Assembly (NCBI RefSeq): GCF_009914755.1 | Contig: NC_060941.1 | Length of the DNA stretch: 64,000 nucleotides | Reading direction: 5' to 3' (one strand) | From: the human T2T-CHM13v2.0 reference genome, Homo sapiens | Shown: one piece after another, positions 13,718-31,664 of the stretch | Numbering within the stretch: position 1 is the stretch's first letter | Layout of the letters: each line of letters begins with the position of its first letter | Made by a program: the position numbers and the translations under genes | The notes under the pieces: model-generated | Told to the model about the DNA's origin: nothing | Seen by the model: only the letters and a program-made list of their open reading frames with translations | The model's database searches: none

Positions 13718-15097
13718 GTTAATTCAGCTTTTTAAAAACTCATAAAAATAAAATGTTAGGGCACCTGTACTGGAAAGTCTCACCAATTCATACAAGTTGT
13801 TTGGTTTGTCACCTGAACAGTATGATTTTGAAAGAAATACTGCTCTTTTTTTTTTCATCTCCACAAAGTAGGTTATCTAAAGCAAGCAGTTTTGCTAAAA
13901 GGATAAACAAGGGCATGAAAGAAAGAGGGAATTGTGGACGTATACAGCTTGCAAAGGCCTTCCAGTTTTCTGGTCCAAGCCACTCATTCATTGCACAGAC
14001 TGGTAAATCGAGCACCGGAGAGGCTGTGTTTACCCCAAGATGGGTGGGTAACAACCAGCACAGCCAGTCTCTGACCAGCTTTCGGACTCTCCAGCCCCTG
14101 AGCCCCTCTAGACTACCCTCCAAAGAATTTTTTCACAGTGGGAAGACTCTTCTAGGGCAGGTGGCCTGGCACTGAGGTCAGGGAGCAGGGAAAGGGAAGA
14201 CACTGGAAAATGAGTTCCAGACACACCTAAGCAAATGAAAGAAGCATTAGAAAAGGTTACCTTGGCTGGGGCATGTCTAAAAGACTCAGCCCATGTTCCT
14301 GATCCTTTTCTGAAGACATTGAAAACTCTACAGATCAAAAAGTCTACGGCCCAGCTGGAGAATTCAAATAGACATGGGCACCAACCACCCCCAGGTACAA
14401 GCCCCTCGGTGTAAGGGAAGGAGTCCCTATTAAGGAGCTCTAACTTTAACAAAATGACCTGATTTCCAAACAAAAAGAACTGGACTTACCCAGGTAGCAG
14501 AATTTTGTCCTTCAGAATCGTTTTAGCACCTTGCAGGGGAGGGCCCCTTTTTTAAAATGCTATCTCATTTGGAACATCTGGGAATTCCACTTTGAGAGGT
14601 GGCCTTCAGAGCCAACGTAAAATCCACAAGGAGAAAATGGGTCTCATCGCTTTATGGGCCTCTCCCTCTCTCTGAAGCAACATTATGCAAATGCCTCCTG
14701 GCTGCTTCCACAAAGCGAGCCTACCGTCTAAGGACTAAGATCTGACTCCGCGGAAGGACAGGAAAAACAGAATAAACTGTACAGTCTGAATGGGATTCTA
14801 GAGGAGAGTTCCAAAGCGACTGGACCATGCCATTAGCACGAGTCTGAGGCTTAGCTTCCCGACGAGGCTGTTGGAAGGGAAAGCACCCAAGTAGATGAAC
14901 ACACCGGGCCGTGAGTTAAATGTCGGGTGGAAGCTCAGGTCAGTCCACTCTGCTGAGTGCTATTCTGTGTCCTGCACTGGTCCCTGGGGCCACAGGAAAA
15001 GCCCTGCACCCGGACCAGCACGAAGAGGGCACAGGTCTGACCTAAGTCCACAGGGGGAAAAAGCGGGAGACAGGGAAGTCACTGACGGTGGCCAGGC

Positions 15098-15272
15098 CCT
15101 AGGTTCATGTCTCAGTTCCTGGACTCCCTGACCAGGTGACCTTGAGGCTGTGTGCCCAGGGAAATAACCACGTTCCCACCCCCCAGAGCCATCTATAGGA
15201 CTCAATGAAGTAATGCATAAAAATTGCAGTAACTGTCAAATAGAAAGTCCTCAACCAATGTAAGCTGTGACT
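15098..15272 (+). mobile_element. MIR fragment
   Basis: CCTAGGTTCA...GTGACCTTG...AATGAAGTAATGCATAAAA...CTCAACCAATGTAAGCT. Confidence 0.55.
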
Positions 15273-16139
15273 ATGTGTCCAAACCCTTTATCCTAAATTC
15301 AAAAATTCCAAAAGCTCTGAAAGCCTAAAGTTTTACCTTCTAATTTTGGCAGTAAAACTCATTTGGCAGCAAAACTTGACCTGAGCCGGCAGGAGGCCAT
15401 TGGTGGCCTTTACTGACCCTGACAGGGACTGGCTGTGCCTTTTGCTTCCAAAACACCCATGTGTGAGAATGAAGTACAGCTCCAGACTCACTGAGACTCT
15501 TATGAGGTAGAAAGCAGGTATGGCCCATGATCTCTCTATAAGAAGGTTCTGGAACAGTCAGTGTGGTCAAGGGATGTCCAAATCTGACCTCAAAATCATC
15601 CCTCAGTATGGGGTGTCCACCAATACTCCTGACTTAGCCAATGCCTCCTCACCCCAGCCCCACACCAGTCACACTCATGGGAGACATTCTCGACCTTCCC
15701 ACTGCCCGACCCGCCTGACCCATCCAGCCCCTAGTCCTGCTTACCTCAGCCCCTAAACCTCTGGATGCCATTCTCTACCTTCTTGCAGGCCTTCCAGAAT
15801 GGCCCCAGAGCCTTCTGCAGGGACCCCGAGGGAAGCTTTAGGCTGGGCTCCCCGTCCCTGCCTCACTGCCTCCCCCGCACTCTTGCTTCTGAGATCACTC
15901 TCAAGCAAACCACCAGAACCCACGTCCTTGTCACAGCTCTGCTCTTTGAACAGCCCAAAGGAAGGCAGCTTTTCAACCCAGGGGCCGGCCAACTTGCTGT
16001 CAAAGGTCAGGAGGTGAATCTGTTCTGCATTTCTGGTCACATTGTCTCTCCTGCAACTCCTCCACTCTACCCTTGTCTCCAAAGCAGCCATTGACAATGC
16101 ACACATTAATGGGCGAGGCTGTGTGCCAATGAAACTTTA

Positions 16140-17061
<922 letters not shown>

Positions 17062-17089
17062 CTAAGGGGGAGATTGCAGCAGGTCTTTA

Positions 17090-17687
<598 letters not shown>

Positions 17688-18052
17688 TCAGAGTAACACC
17701 AAGGAGAAGGCCCAGTATGGCCCTGGGCCCTCCTGGAGACACAGAGGGCATCTTCAGGACAGAGTCCCTCAAGACGAAACGACCCCAGGCTCACTTTAGT
17801 GGAGAGAGAGACACTGGCTGAGAACAGTCTGTTCTTCTGTAAGAATGACAAATGAGGCCCTTGAGTTTCAGTGGCCCCAACACAAGCAGCACAGGACTTA
17901 CTTTACTCGTGGTTTTTTTAAGTCCAGGAGAATTTGCTACTATAAAAGGGAAGGACTTGCAGTGCCCATAAAAGAAAGAAAACAGAGGATGACTTAGAAG
18001 GAAGCATGGAGTCACTCTGTTCCCCATTTCCTAATTTAACCAAGTGAAATGG

Positions 18053-18297
18053 TCCCCTCCTCCATTTCTCCCTCCCTCCCTGTCTCCTCCTCCTCCACCC
18101 TTCCCTCTCTCCCTCTCTCCCCCATCTCTCTCTCCCTCCCTGTCTCATCCCCCTCCACCCCTCCCTCTCTCCCTCCCTGTCTCTTCCTCCTCCACCCCTC
18201 CCTCTCTCCCTCTCTCCCGCCATCTCTCTCCCTCTCTCCCTCCCTGTCTCCTCCTCCTCCACCCCTCCCTCTCTCCCTCTCTCTTTCTCTCTCTTCC
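18053..18297. repeat. CT-rich low-complexity tandem tract
   Basis: Recurrent CTCCTCCACCCCTCCCTCTCTCCCTC units. Confidence 0.9.
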
Positions 18298-18714
18298 TGC
18301 ATGTGCACTCCATCACACCTGCACCCATGGATAATTCTACCCATCACCGTGGCCAGTATCCTGCCTGCCTGGAATAGGCACTGATTACTAATGGAGAAAC
18401 TGCAGCTCAGAACAGTGAAGCTGTCGCTTGTGCAGAGCTAAGATGCAAATGGTCCCTCTCCATTCCACTGCCTCCTCCCCTGAGGCCAGTATCTCTGCCT
18501 CCATCATCCCTTTGGCACAGCACCGAGTGCTGCACTGTCATCGCCTCAGGAGAATTTTGCTGAGCCCCTACTGTGTGCCAGGCACGTGCTCATTCATCGG
18601 CCCTGAAAACACAGAAACAAGAGCTTATATTCTAGACAAAGACACAGACAGGAAGCCTACAGGCAAGTCACTTACTCAACAAGATAACCTCCATTTGCAA
18701 TGAGCGCTTCCTGC

Positions 18715-19102
18715 ACTGGGATAGTGTAGGTTCTGCTGCAGTAGAAAACACACTCACATCTCATAGGTTTGCGGAAAGGTTTGTTTCTTGTTTATATCAC
18801 AGTCGAGTGTGGTCCGGGCAGCTCTTCTTGGCAATGCTCCTCCTAGTGGTCACACCAAGACCCAGGCTCCTCACATCCCTGAGCCCTTCCTACTGACGTG
18901 AGTGGCCGCCTTGGTCACCGCACAGGAACAGGGAGTGTGGACCACGCGGGGGCCCGTGACAACATCTGGAAGTGGAAGGCATTGCTTCCGTCTACAACCC
19001 CCTAACCCTGACCTCACTGCAAGGGAGACTGGAAAATAGAGTCCTCCTTTAAATCTTCCCGGAAAAAGAAATAGAATTTGGTGAACACAGGCATTGTCTC
19101 TA
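18715..19102 (-). mobile_element. MLT1J/K-like LTR within L2 remnants
   Basis: GGATAGTGTAGGTTCTGCTGCAGTA...GACCCAGGCTCC...CTGCAAGGGAGACTGGAAAAT...TTTGGTGAACA. Confidence 0.6.
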
Positions 19103-19703
19103 GAATAATAAATGAAATAAACAGGATGATGTACCAGAGGGTATCTGGGTCAAGCGGCCTGTTGTGGATAGATAGGGCAGGGAAGGTTGCTTTAAGGGGG
19201 TGACTTGGATCCAGCTAGGAAAGAGCACTCAGAGCCCAAAGAACAGCAGGTGCAAAAGACTGGGGCGGGAAAGCACCTGGCAAGTTCAAGGAACAGAAAG
19301 GTCAAGGAGATAGGCAGGTGGGGAGCGAGAGTGGGAAGAAGGGAGGGCTGTGCATAGGCCAGGGCAGGTGGTGACCCTGACATACATCAGAGCCACACCC
19401 CAGACACCACGAAACCTCCCATGCTGGACCCTCCCCACTCCCCAGAGACTGATCCAGTGATTCTGGCCTGGGATCAGACTTTATATTTGTTACTGCTTTG
19501 TTTAAGAAAATAATACATATGCTCAAAAGTACACAAATAATTAGTATAGGCTCAATGAATAGTCAGAGTGGACAATCCAGGCAACCACCACTGAGATGGA
19601 GAAATAGAATACACAGATCCCTGGAGGGCCCCTCTTCCCTCCCCTTCCCCCCAGCCTCCCACCTTTCTCCTCCCTAAAGGGAACCACTATCAAGATTTCC
19701 ATC

Positions 19704-21124
<1,421 letters not shown>

Positions 21125-21939
21125 AAGATTTCCATCTTGCCCATTTCTGAACTTCACATGAGTGGAATGCCTGGATTCTTTGATTCTACATTATTTGGTG
21201 AGGTTCATAGAGTATAGATGTGCTGTTTAGTGTTTAGTGTTCATAGAGTGTAGTTCTGTTTAGAATCATAATTGTGTGATTTCACAATTTATTTGGCCAC
21301 ACTACTGTGTTGCTTGGCCTGGGTTACTTCAAGCTTGAAGTTGTGAAAAACAGTGCTGCTGTGGTCACACTCATGCACACATTTCAGTGCATCTGGGCTT
21401 GCATTTCTGGCAGGTGATATCTAGGGATAGAGTAGCTGGGTTCTGGGGCAGGTGTATGTTCACCTTTAGTAGATTCTGCTAAACAGTCTTCCAAAGTGAT
21501 TGTTCCCATTTACATTCCTACCAGCAATATAGGGATGCCCCAATCATTCTATATTTCTAGCAACCCTTAGGACTGGCAACCTATTCACTGTAGCCATTCC
21601 AGTGTCTAGATGGCAGTATCTGGTTCTACCTGATGACTAGTAAAGCACTTGGTGAAGTGCTTGTTCAAGTCTTTTTCCCATTTTTCTGTGAGCCCTTTTT
21701 TGGTGACATATGTTGCCAATATCTTCTTCCACTTGGTCCTTGCCTTTTTGCTCTCTTAATTGTACCCTTTGATTGTGCCCATTGCTCTTATTCTTAATAT
21801 AATCTGATTTGTTAATATTTCCCCTTGTGGTTAATATTCTTTGAATCATGAAGATATTCTACATCTTCTGTGTTATCTTCTAGAAGACAGATTTTTTTTG
21901 ATACAGTGTGAGGTAGGGATCAAGCTTCCTGTTTATTCT

Positions 21940-22239
21940 TTTTTTTTTTTTTTTTTTTTTTGAGTCGGAGTCTCACTCACTCCAGGCTGGAGTGCGGTGG
22001 TGCAATCTCTGCTCACTGCAAGCTCTGCCTCCTGGGTTCACACCATTCTCCTGCCTCAGCCTCCTGAGTAGCTGGGACTACAGGCGCCCACCACCACACC
22101 TGGCTAATTTTTTGTATTTCTAGTAGAGACAGGGTTTCACCATGTTAGCCAGGATGGTCTCAATCTCCTGACCTTGTGATCCGCCCACCTCAGCCTCCCA
22201 AAGTGCTGGGATTACAGGTGTGAGCCACCGCGCCCGGCT
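21940..22239 (-). mobile_element. AluY
   Basis: Y diagnostics (CACTGCAAGCTC, GTTAGCCAGGATGGTCTC). Perfect 16-bp TSD GCTTCCTGTTTATTCT at 21924-21939 and 22240-22255. Confidence 0.95.
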
Positions 22240-22859
22240 GCTTCCTGTTTATTCTAAGGTGGCTATTTGATGGATCCAGCACCATAGGTTGCTGGACCCA
22301 TAGGTTGCAAAGATCTGCCATGCCCTCCTTAACGGGACCGCCTTTGTCATGTGCCAGTCATATACACCCTCTTGTGCTGGTTCCATGCCTGGGCTCTCTG
22401 CTGTCTTCATTAGTCTATTTGTCTGTCCTTGTATTAGAATCTTTTTACTGTCTGTTGGTGATTCTAACACGCAGTCGGGGTTAAGAACCATCAATCCAGA
22501 ACCTTGAAGTTCATGGTAACAAGTCTGGGTGTTAGTCTAAATGCAATTATGTAGAAACCCAATAAAAAATTTGTAGAGGAAAAATAGATTAACTTTGTGG
22601 CATGGGAAGAGAAACGGCAGAACCGTGGGGAAGGCATCTGTGGAGTGGCTGAGGAAACCAGGTAACAGGCCTGAAGCTGAAATCTCAGAGCAATCCAGCC
22701 GGCTGTTCACTGTCTCTCTTCTCCCCGCTCCAGACCTCCAGACCCTCCCACACCAAAGTACAAACAAGGAATGACAAACACAGGAAGGAAACGTCGCTGT
22801 TTAAGTCATCAGCCAAATTTAAGGAAATCTGATCCCTCCTGCAACCACGTTTTATTCCC

Positions 22860-22945
22860 TGGTTACCCTGGCATTTCCTATAATTAATGGCTAGGTTTTA
22901 ATTAAACATTGATTAGCCACTAATTAGTCTAATGATTAGTCTTGG
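22860..22945. promoter_or_regulatory. Candidate enhancer core: dense homeodomain TAAT/ATTA cluster
   Basis: TAATTAAT, TTAATTAA, TGATTAG, ACTAATTAGT and CTAATGATTAG within 60 bp of non-repetitive DNA. Confidence 0.45.
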
Positions 22946-23757
22946 GGAGGAGACATGGCTGTCAACACCGCAAAGGAGGAAGGGGAGATGGTGAAAGATT
23001 ATGGCTTAGGTAGAAATGCTATTTCTACCTTCCTCCAAGCCAAATGTTTTCTATGATTTGGGTCCATTATAAATGATGTTTTCAATGTGAATTTTCCTAA
23101 TCGGTTTGAGTCTGATGAAGTCCCAGGTGACTGATGCCAGGAAGAATGAATCTATTCGCCTTTTCATCAGATTTCAGACTCTTAATGCAGCTAAAGAGCT
23201 TCTTCCCACTTAGAGAAGAATTCGTTTCTGTCTCCACAATGAAGTCATCCTGGGCTGAGGCTGTTCTCCTCCCAAGTCCTTTATAGGGGGTCTGACCTTG
23301 CCAAGGACTTCTGAGATGCAAACATCACAGGGTGTTTCCCCCAGAGAAGATTCTGCAGACACCTTGTGCCCCCACATACCTGTTCCTCATTCTTTGCCAC
23401 TTCGCCCAGACCTCCCAAAATATTGACACAGCTCTAGTTTCATCTGCAGACAGAATACTACTTGTGTGTAACTTGCTGTCAATCAAGGATGTATTTGGCC
23501 CCCCTGACCCTCAGCCAACAAGGAAAGTTGAGTTGCTGTGCATGGACACAGTTCATATTAAATTGCATTGGAAGTTATCCTACTAGAAGTTAATAACGCA
23601 GTAAATCTTGGGGCAGGGGTGGGGTGATGTGATAACATTGGCCAATCAATCCCCCAAGGATCTTTTGTAAGTTTGAATTTACGTAGAACAATACAAAATT
23701 CCCTTGAAGCCCAATCTTCGTGTTGAGTATAAAGCTTGGGAGAGAACTGAGGCGTGA

Positions 23758-24862
<1,105 letters not shown>

Positions 24863-25190
24863 AAATCCTGACACTCCTTGATCCGGCATTCAGATTCAGA
24901 TATTTGAGTCTTCAGGTGAACAAACAGGTTAGACAGGGCCCTATGCAAGCCCCACACCCGCCCACAAATCTCTGTTTCACTCTCTTCAAATCGGCAAAGG
25001 AGAAGCAAGATTTGTCCTGAGCTCTCGAGACTCTATCAGAATTTTTATGTCCCTTTTACATCCCCTTTTTATCTCTCTTACTTGTCATTTTCCAATAGCT
25101 TTTGCCAGAAGAGCACACGGGACACATTCTACACAAACTTTTATCATTTCACCGAGATGGGGCCAGAGCTGCACGAAATCTCCTTACCTG

Positions 25191-25263
25191 GGAGGGGCCT
25201 GGAGAGGAGCGGAGCAGAGAGGAGGGGCCTGGAGAGGAGCGGAGCAGAGAGGAGGGGCCTGGA
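25191..25263. repeat. 30-bp perfect tandem repeat, 2.4 copies (GGAGGGGCCTGGAGAGGAGCGGAGCAGAGA)
   Basis: Direct reading. Confidence 0.95.
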
Positions 25264-25516
25264 AACCGACGCCGGGGTCTGAGCTGCGGCTTTGCCAGTG
25301 ACTTGGGCAAGACCCCTGGCCTCTCTTTGCCCAAGTATAAGTGGGGCCTTGTGCCTCTGGCTCTGACAGGCTTTGGGATGTGTTATCTGAGGACTCTGCA
25401 CAGTTGCATGGGCATAAAAAGCGGCTGCTCCACAGCCCCACGGGATCCGCGCCAAGTGTGTGCACGAGGCCAACAGTGGCTCACGTGAAGCCTCTGGCTG
25501 CCAGCCCCAGACTTCA

Positions 25517-25873
<357 letters not shown>

Positions 25874-26254
25874 AATGGTAGTAAAAGGAAGCTTTCTCCA
25901 GGACAAGGGACTGGAGGGTCAGCAGTGCAGGGGGCCATTGCTGCTGCTTTATCCAAATTACATCCCCGGGAGCTCTCATCACTGTAGACTCAGAGTAACT
26001 ACCAAAGGCTGAACAGGTAACAGGTGCCTGGCCGCGAGAGGCTCTTTACTGATGACAGCGTGTTAATCTCCACAGGAGGTGTATCGTGTCCACTTAAAGG
26101 CCAGGAAATTCGGGGCACAGAGCTAGCAGGTCATGTGCACAAAGCCACATAGTTGGTCCCAAACCCCTGTGACAGGGACAACAAGCTGGCCCCAACAGAC
26201 ATGGGGCTCCCTGGCCCCCAAGGTGGGTAACCAGGGGGAACTGCACTCCCCACC

Positions 26255-26929
<675 letters not shown>

Positions 26930-28226
26930 CACTCCACCCCCACTGCATGAGGACGGAACTACGTGTCTGGTTCTAGCCAAAGGAGTGGAATTGAAAAAGT
27001 GTGGTGTCTCTTCCAGGATGAGGGTCCACATCCCCATCTTGGAGAGGACACTGTCACAGAAGGAGGAGCGGCTGAGCCTGTCTTGTGAAGGACACTGTGA
27101 GAAGAGAGCAAGCGTGCATGTGGTGTGCTATGTTGCAGGAGGTGGGGACTGCTTGTCACAGCAGTTAACAGGACTGACTGATACACCTCCTGCCCAAACC
27201 CCAGGGTGACCTCTGGCCTGGTGAATTGGGTCAAGGCAACCGTTTCGGAGGGAGGCCTCATGGTGTGGGCCATTCCCATGCCTGCTCCTCACAGACGACT
27301 CTAACATGGGACGCAGCCACACACTCTCACTGCTGGAGAACGGCTCCGCTCAGCCTCCCTGGGTCGGTGTGGCAAGCCTCTGTGGAGAGCAGATATGTGC
27401 CAGGAGCTCGTGGTACAGAGAGGAATAAAACAGCCTTTGGCCTCAGGATGCTGATGAGATAAACGAAGACAGATGGGCCATGGGTGGGAAGACAAGGCCC
27501 CCGGACACTTGGCCCAACCAGAAGCTCAGGAAATGCTTCTTGGGCAAGGGGAGTCCTCAGCTTGGTCTTAAAAGATATGCACCATGGGCCAGGGGCAGAG
27601 AAGAAGAGAGGGCAGTCCAGGCAGAGGGCACGGCACGAACAAGGCACAGAGGCGGATGGAGGCACACTCAGGGCCAGCACTCGGGGGCGTTGCAGAATCA
27701 GACCTGGCCCACAGACCTGGAACCTGCCAGCTGTGCCTGGCAGCATAGAGATAGTCCTGGGCAACCAGGAGCACTGGCAGCTGGTTACAACAGGGGAGAG
27801 GCATGAGCGGGTTCCCATGCTAAACACGCCAGCCTAGTGCAGTGCAGGGCATGATGTGGGGGACAAGGCTGGAGGCCAGGAGACCATGGAGAGATGGCCC
27901 CTACGGTCCTGCCAGTGCCCCTGCTTCTGAAAGGCATGCAGCAGGCACAGACCAGCAGTGGGTACCCGAAGGAAAGGAGACAGAGAGATCAGGTCAGATT
28001 TGAGACAGCTTCAAAACATCAACACAGCAGTGTTCTCGTAAATGGTCACCTGCCACCTGGGACAGAAATAGAGGGAATTTCAAAATCCATCTTTCTCTCA
28101 AAAAAAAAGACCCCTTGATGAGGCCACAAGGGACACTTGCCCGTTATTCCTACTTAGCAAGAAAGAAAAGGCAGCAGCTGTCATGCTTAGAGAGGGACAA
28201 CTGTAAGGTCTCTGAATTCTCTCCTG

Positions 28227-28426
28227 GCAGCCTGAGAAGAAAGGAGCACCTGAGCAGGGAGGAACAGCCTCAGCAGCAAGGAGCACCTGAGTGGGAGGAA
28301 CATCTAAGCAGGGGGAACACCTGAGAGGGTGGATCAGCCTGATTGGGAAGAGCACCTAAACAGGAAGGAGCACCTGAGCAGGGAGGGACACCTGAGTGGG
28401 AGGAGCACCTGAGTGAGAGGAGCAGC
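28227..28426. repeat. Degenerate 17-18-bp minisatellite (AGGAGCACCTGAGYRGG), ~11 copies
   Basis: Repeated GGAGCACCTGAG cores at 17-19 bp spacing. Confidence 0.85.
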
Positions 28427-31400
28427 AGTGAGCCCCAGCCAACTGCAGCTGTGCTGTCCAACGCACACACGCCAGCCTGGGGACTCGCTCCCCTCCACCT
28501 CCTCCCCTCTGATCCCAAACACTCTTTCTGCTGACTTGGCAAATGCCCCGAGACAGATTCTCCCTTCCCCCCACCAAGCTGCTCTTGCTCCTGCTGTGTC
28601 ACTGAGCCAGCTGCTGCCATTTTGAGGGCATGCCATCATCCGGCCAGCCCACAGGCCACTGGTCCTCCTTCAGCCCAGGCCCCCACGCCTCAGGAAGCTC
28701 ATTTCCAGATGTGCGGGATGACGGCACCCTGGCTTACCTGGGCTCAGCACGGGGGCACTTTCCAGGCAGACAGCATATTGGAGACGGCTTCTTCCCACCT
28801 GGAGGGGACCCCAGGAAAGCTGGTCCTCATTCTTGACGGACCTTGCAGGATGAGGGTGGATCAGGTCTCAGAATCCCGGTTGGATGGGCCTAAGGAGGGA
28901 ATGGGGAAACTGAAGACACGCTGCCTGGTTGGATGCATGTGCGCTTCTCAGGACCCCGGGCTGCTGGCGGGTCCCTGGGAGTCTGAGATGGAGCTGGGTC
29001 CTGCTTAACCATCAGGGAGCACAAGATCACCCCACTCATGCTTTCCTTTAATTGTTGCAATGAATGCTTATGACCTGCCCACCTGCCCTCCAGGCAGGTT
29101 GACAGATGAAGAAATCAATGGACAGGCCCAGGCTCCAGGGAAAAGCTTCTGGCCACTGGCAAGGCTACGAAACAGCGCCAAGTTCCAGGAGCCCAGGAAT
29201 GGAAGGATAACCTTTAGTTAGAGGCACACAGAAGGCTTCCTGGAGGAGGTGACATTTGAATAGGGTTCTGAGGGATGTGCAGGATTTCAAACGGAGGAAA
29301 GAACCAGGCCCATGTCCCACACAGAGGTCCTGGGCCAACGCTGCCCAGGGTGAAGAAGATCAAACGGTGACAAGATGCACGTGGGGACGGGGAAGCCATG
29401 TAGGGACACTGCCAGCCAGAAGTTCACTCAGTTATTCAACAAACATTTATTGGCTGCGAGGACTGAGCTGGAGGCACTGAGGCTACAAACTGTGTGACTC
29501 AGTGCAGCAGCAAGGCTGAGTGGTGAGGAGGGTCCAGGGCACCAGGGGACTGAAGACAGAAGCCAGACGTCCAGGAGCCTTCCAGCAGGCAGCTGCCGGA
29601 GACCCTGGACAAGAGGTGAGATGGGGCCAGCCTGTGCCTTCAGAGGAAGACAGTGGCAGCTACTTGCTCATCTGGTGGGTCCCCAGGAGGGAATTCAAAC
29701 ATTGTCCCCATCCTCACGACAAGTACACTCAGGGTGACCAGAGAAACTTGGGTCACAGTGGCCAGTGGGCTCCTGGGGAGAAGCTGTGGGGACTGCAGGT
29801 GACTTCTCTGCCCATATGAATTATTGACACACCCAGCCAGGTCCACTGTGTTCCTACAACCTGTGCTGTGGCTGCCCCTTGCTCATCACTGTCCTGAGTT
29901 TGGGGTGCTGCCTCCAGCCACAGGGGTGAGTTTTCCTATGAGCTGGCAAGGCCTGCCCATGTGCTGGTCGTCCTGGCCGGGGGTTCAGGCTCCACCCTCC
30001 CACTTCCCTCTGCATTCACTGGCCCAGCTGCTGGAGTAGTGACTGCTGTGCACCTCTCATCAGATGCAGATTGGGGGAAATCAATGGGGTTAGGTCACCA
30101 AGGGGGAGACAGGGTTGGTGGCAAAGCCCCTTGTTGCAGGTCCTGCCCAGTAGGAGCCCCAGGGAAAGCAGGCTCCTCCTGGCTGCCGTGCATTTGAAGG
30201 ATAAGGAGGCAGCTGTCCCTTCCAGAATGCACTTAGGGATCTCAGTCTCTTCATGGGGGGAGGAAAGGCCACTCTCAGCTGCAATCTGAGGTTCAACACA
30301 GCCTCAAAATGAAGCAGCCTCCTTCACCTGCAGGGTGAAGGTGGCAGTTGGCGCCTGCCACCGCCAGCCATCTCTGCAAGTTGAAAATCCCTGGGAGGTT
30401 CCTGAGACACAAATCAATGGTGATGAAGACTAAAACTGGAGCTGTGAACCCAGAGAGGACCGGGCAGCTGAGGAGTCATCCAGGGCAGCCCAGCCAGGCA
30501 CGTGTCTGGCCCCAGCTGCCCAGCACCCGGCCTGCCAAAGACTCACACCCACCCCAGCCCAGCAGGAGCCACTTCAGTCCCTGAAACTCCAGAAGACACA
30601 CGTGCGCACGCGCACACACGCTCATCCCATTATCATCTTGCTGCACCGGCTGAAATTTATTAGCAGCAGAAGCGTCAAGGCCCTTTCCCAGAGCTTTCAT
30701 GCTTTTCTACAAAGTAATCTTCCACGGGTGCTTCTGTATTCCTTCCCTGTGCGGTAGAGCAACATCTCAGCCGCCAGACCCTCTGAATGCTAATTTATTT
30801 CAGGAGTCGGAGCAGTTGGCTCCAGGAGGTCCTCCTGGCAGGGAAGGGAGGGAATAAAAGGTATTTCTCTCTCCAACTCTCCAACTGCAGGCTCCAGCTG
30901 CCCCCACGGTGTTTACCTCCCTTCTCACCCCACCGGGAGGGAGCAGAGCAGGGTGTCCATGGGGGCTGCAGGGGGGTTGGTGGGGGACAGTAGCCCAGCC
31001 CACACCCACAGCTCCCTCCTCCATCCAGGCTCAGAGCCATGTTCCCAATGTGAGGCCCCTCGGGAATGAAGCAGACACAAATGGCCATGCTTTCTGGGCG
31101 AGACAGCTGCGCCAGCCTCATTGGGGGCCTGGAAATTGCTTCTGTCTCAGTGGCATCCGGAGAGCCATTTCAGAGGATGCTGACAGGCCACATGCATCCT
31201 CCATGGAGGGGAGAGGCACGGTCCTGAGTCATGGAGGAGCACAGACAGACTGACACTGCATAGGTCTGGGGACTATGGAATCGAGTCAGAGGCAGGTCAG
31301 CCCCCAGAGCCGCTGCTCCACCACTCAAAGGCTCCACACATCTCCCCTGGCAAGTGGAGATACCCAATGGGCCAGCCTCAGGCCCCTCCCAGCACCAGGC

Positions 31401-31664
31401 CCTGCTGGGTCGTGGGTCCACGGTGCCCCTGGTGGGAGACACGCAGAGCACACAAACGAAACAAGTAATGATGTCATTGTAGGTGCCTGTGTGGGCTCTG
31501 CAGAGAAGAGAAGTCACTTCTGGTGGAAGTAACTGGCCACCGCAGGGCTGCTGGGCATCTTTAGGTTGTCGGGAGGCCTAAGCAGAGGACACTGGAGTTG
31601 AGACCTAAATGACAGGGAGGCACAGCCACCAGCATTTGTGAGTGAAGCAGAGCCCCCAGGAGAC

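Noticed and set aside
15275-15570. Possible ancient DNA-transposon fragment and an adjacent ERVL-like LTR (15.6-15.96 kb); similar weak LTR/L2 traces near 27.4-27.9, 37.4-37.7, 39.4-39.8 and 46.0-46.3 kb
   Set aside because: Similarity is too weak to name or bound without RepeatMasker/Dfam.
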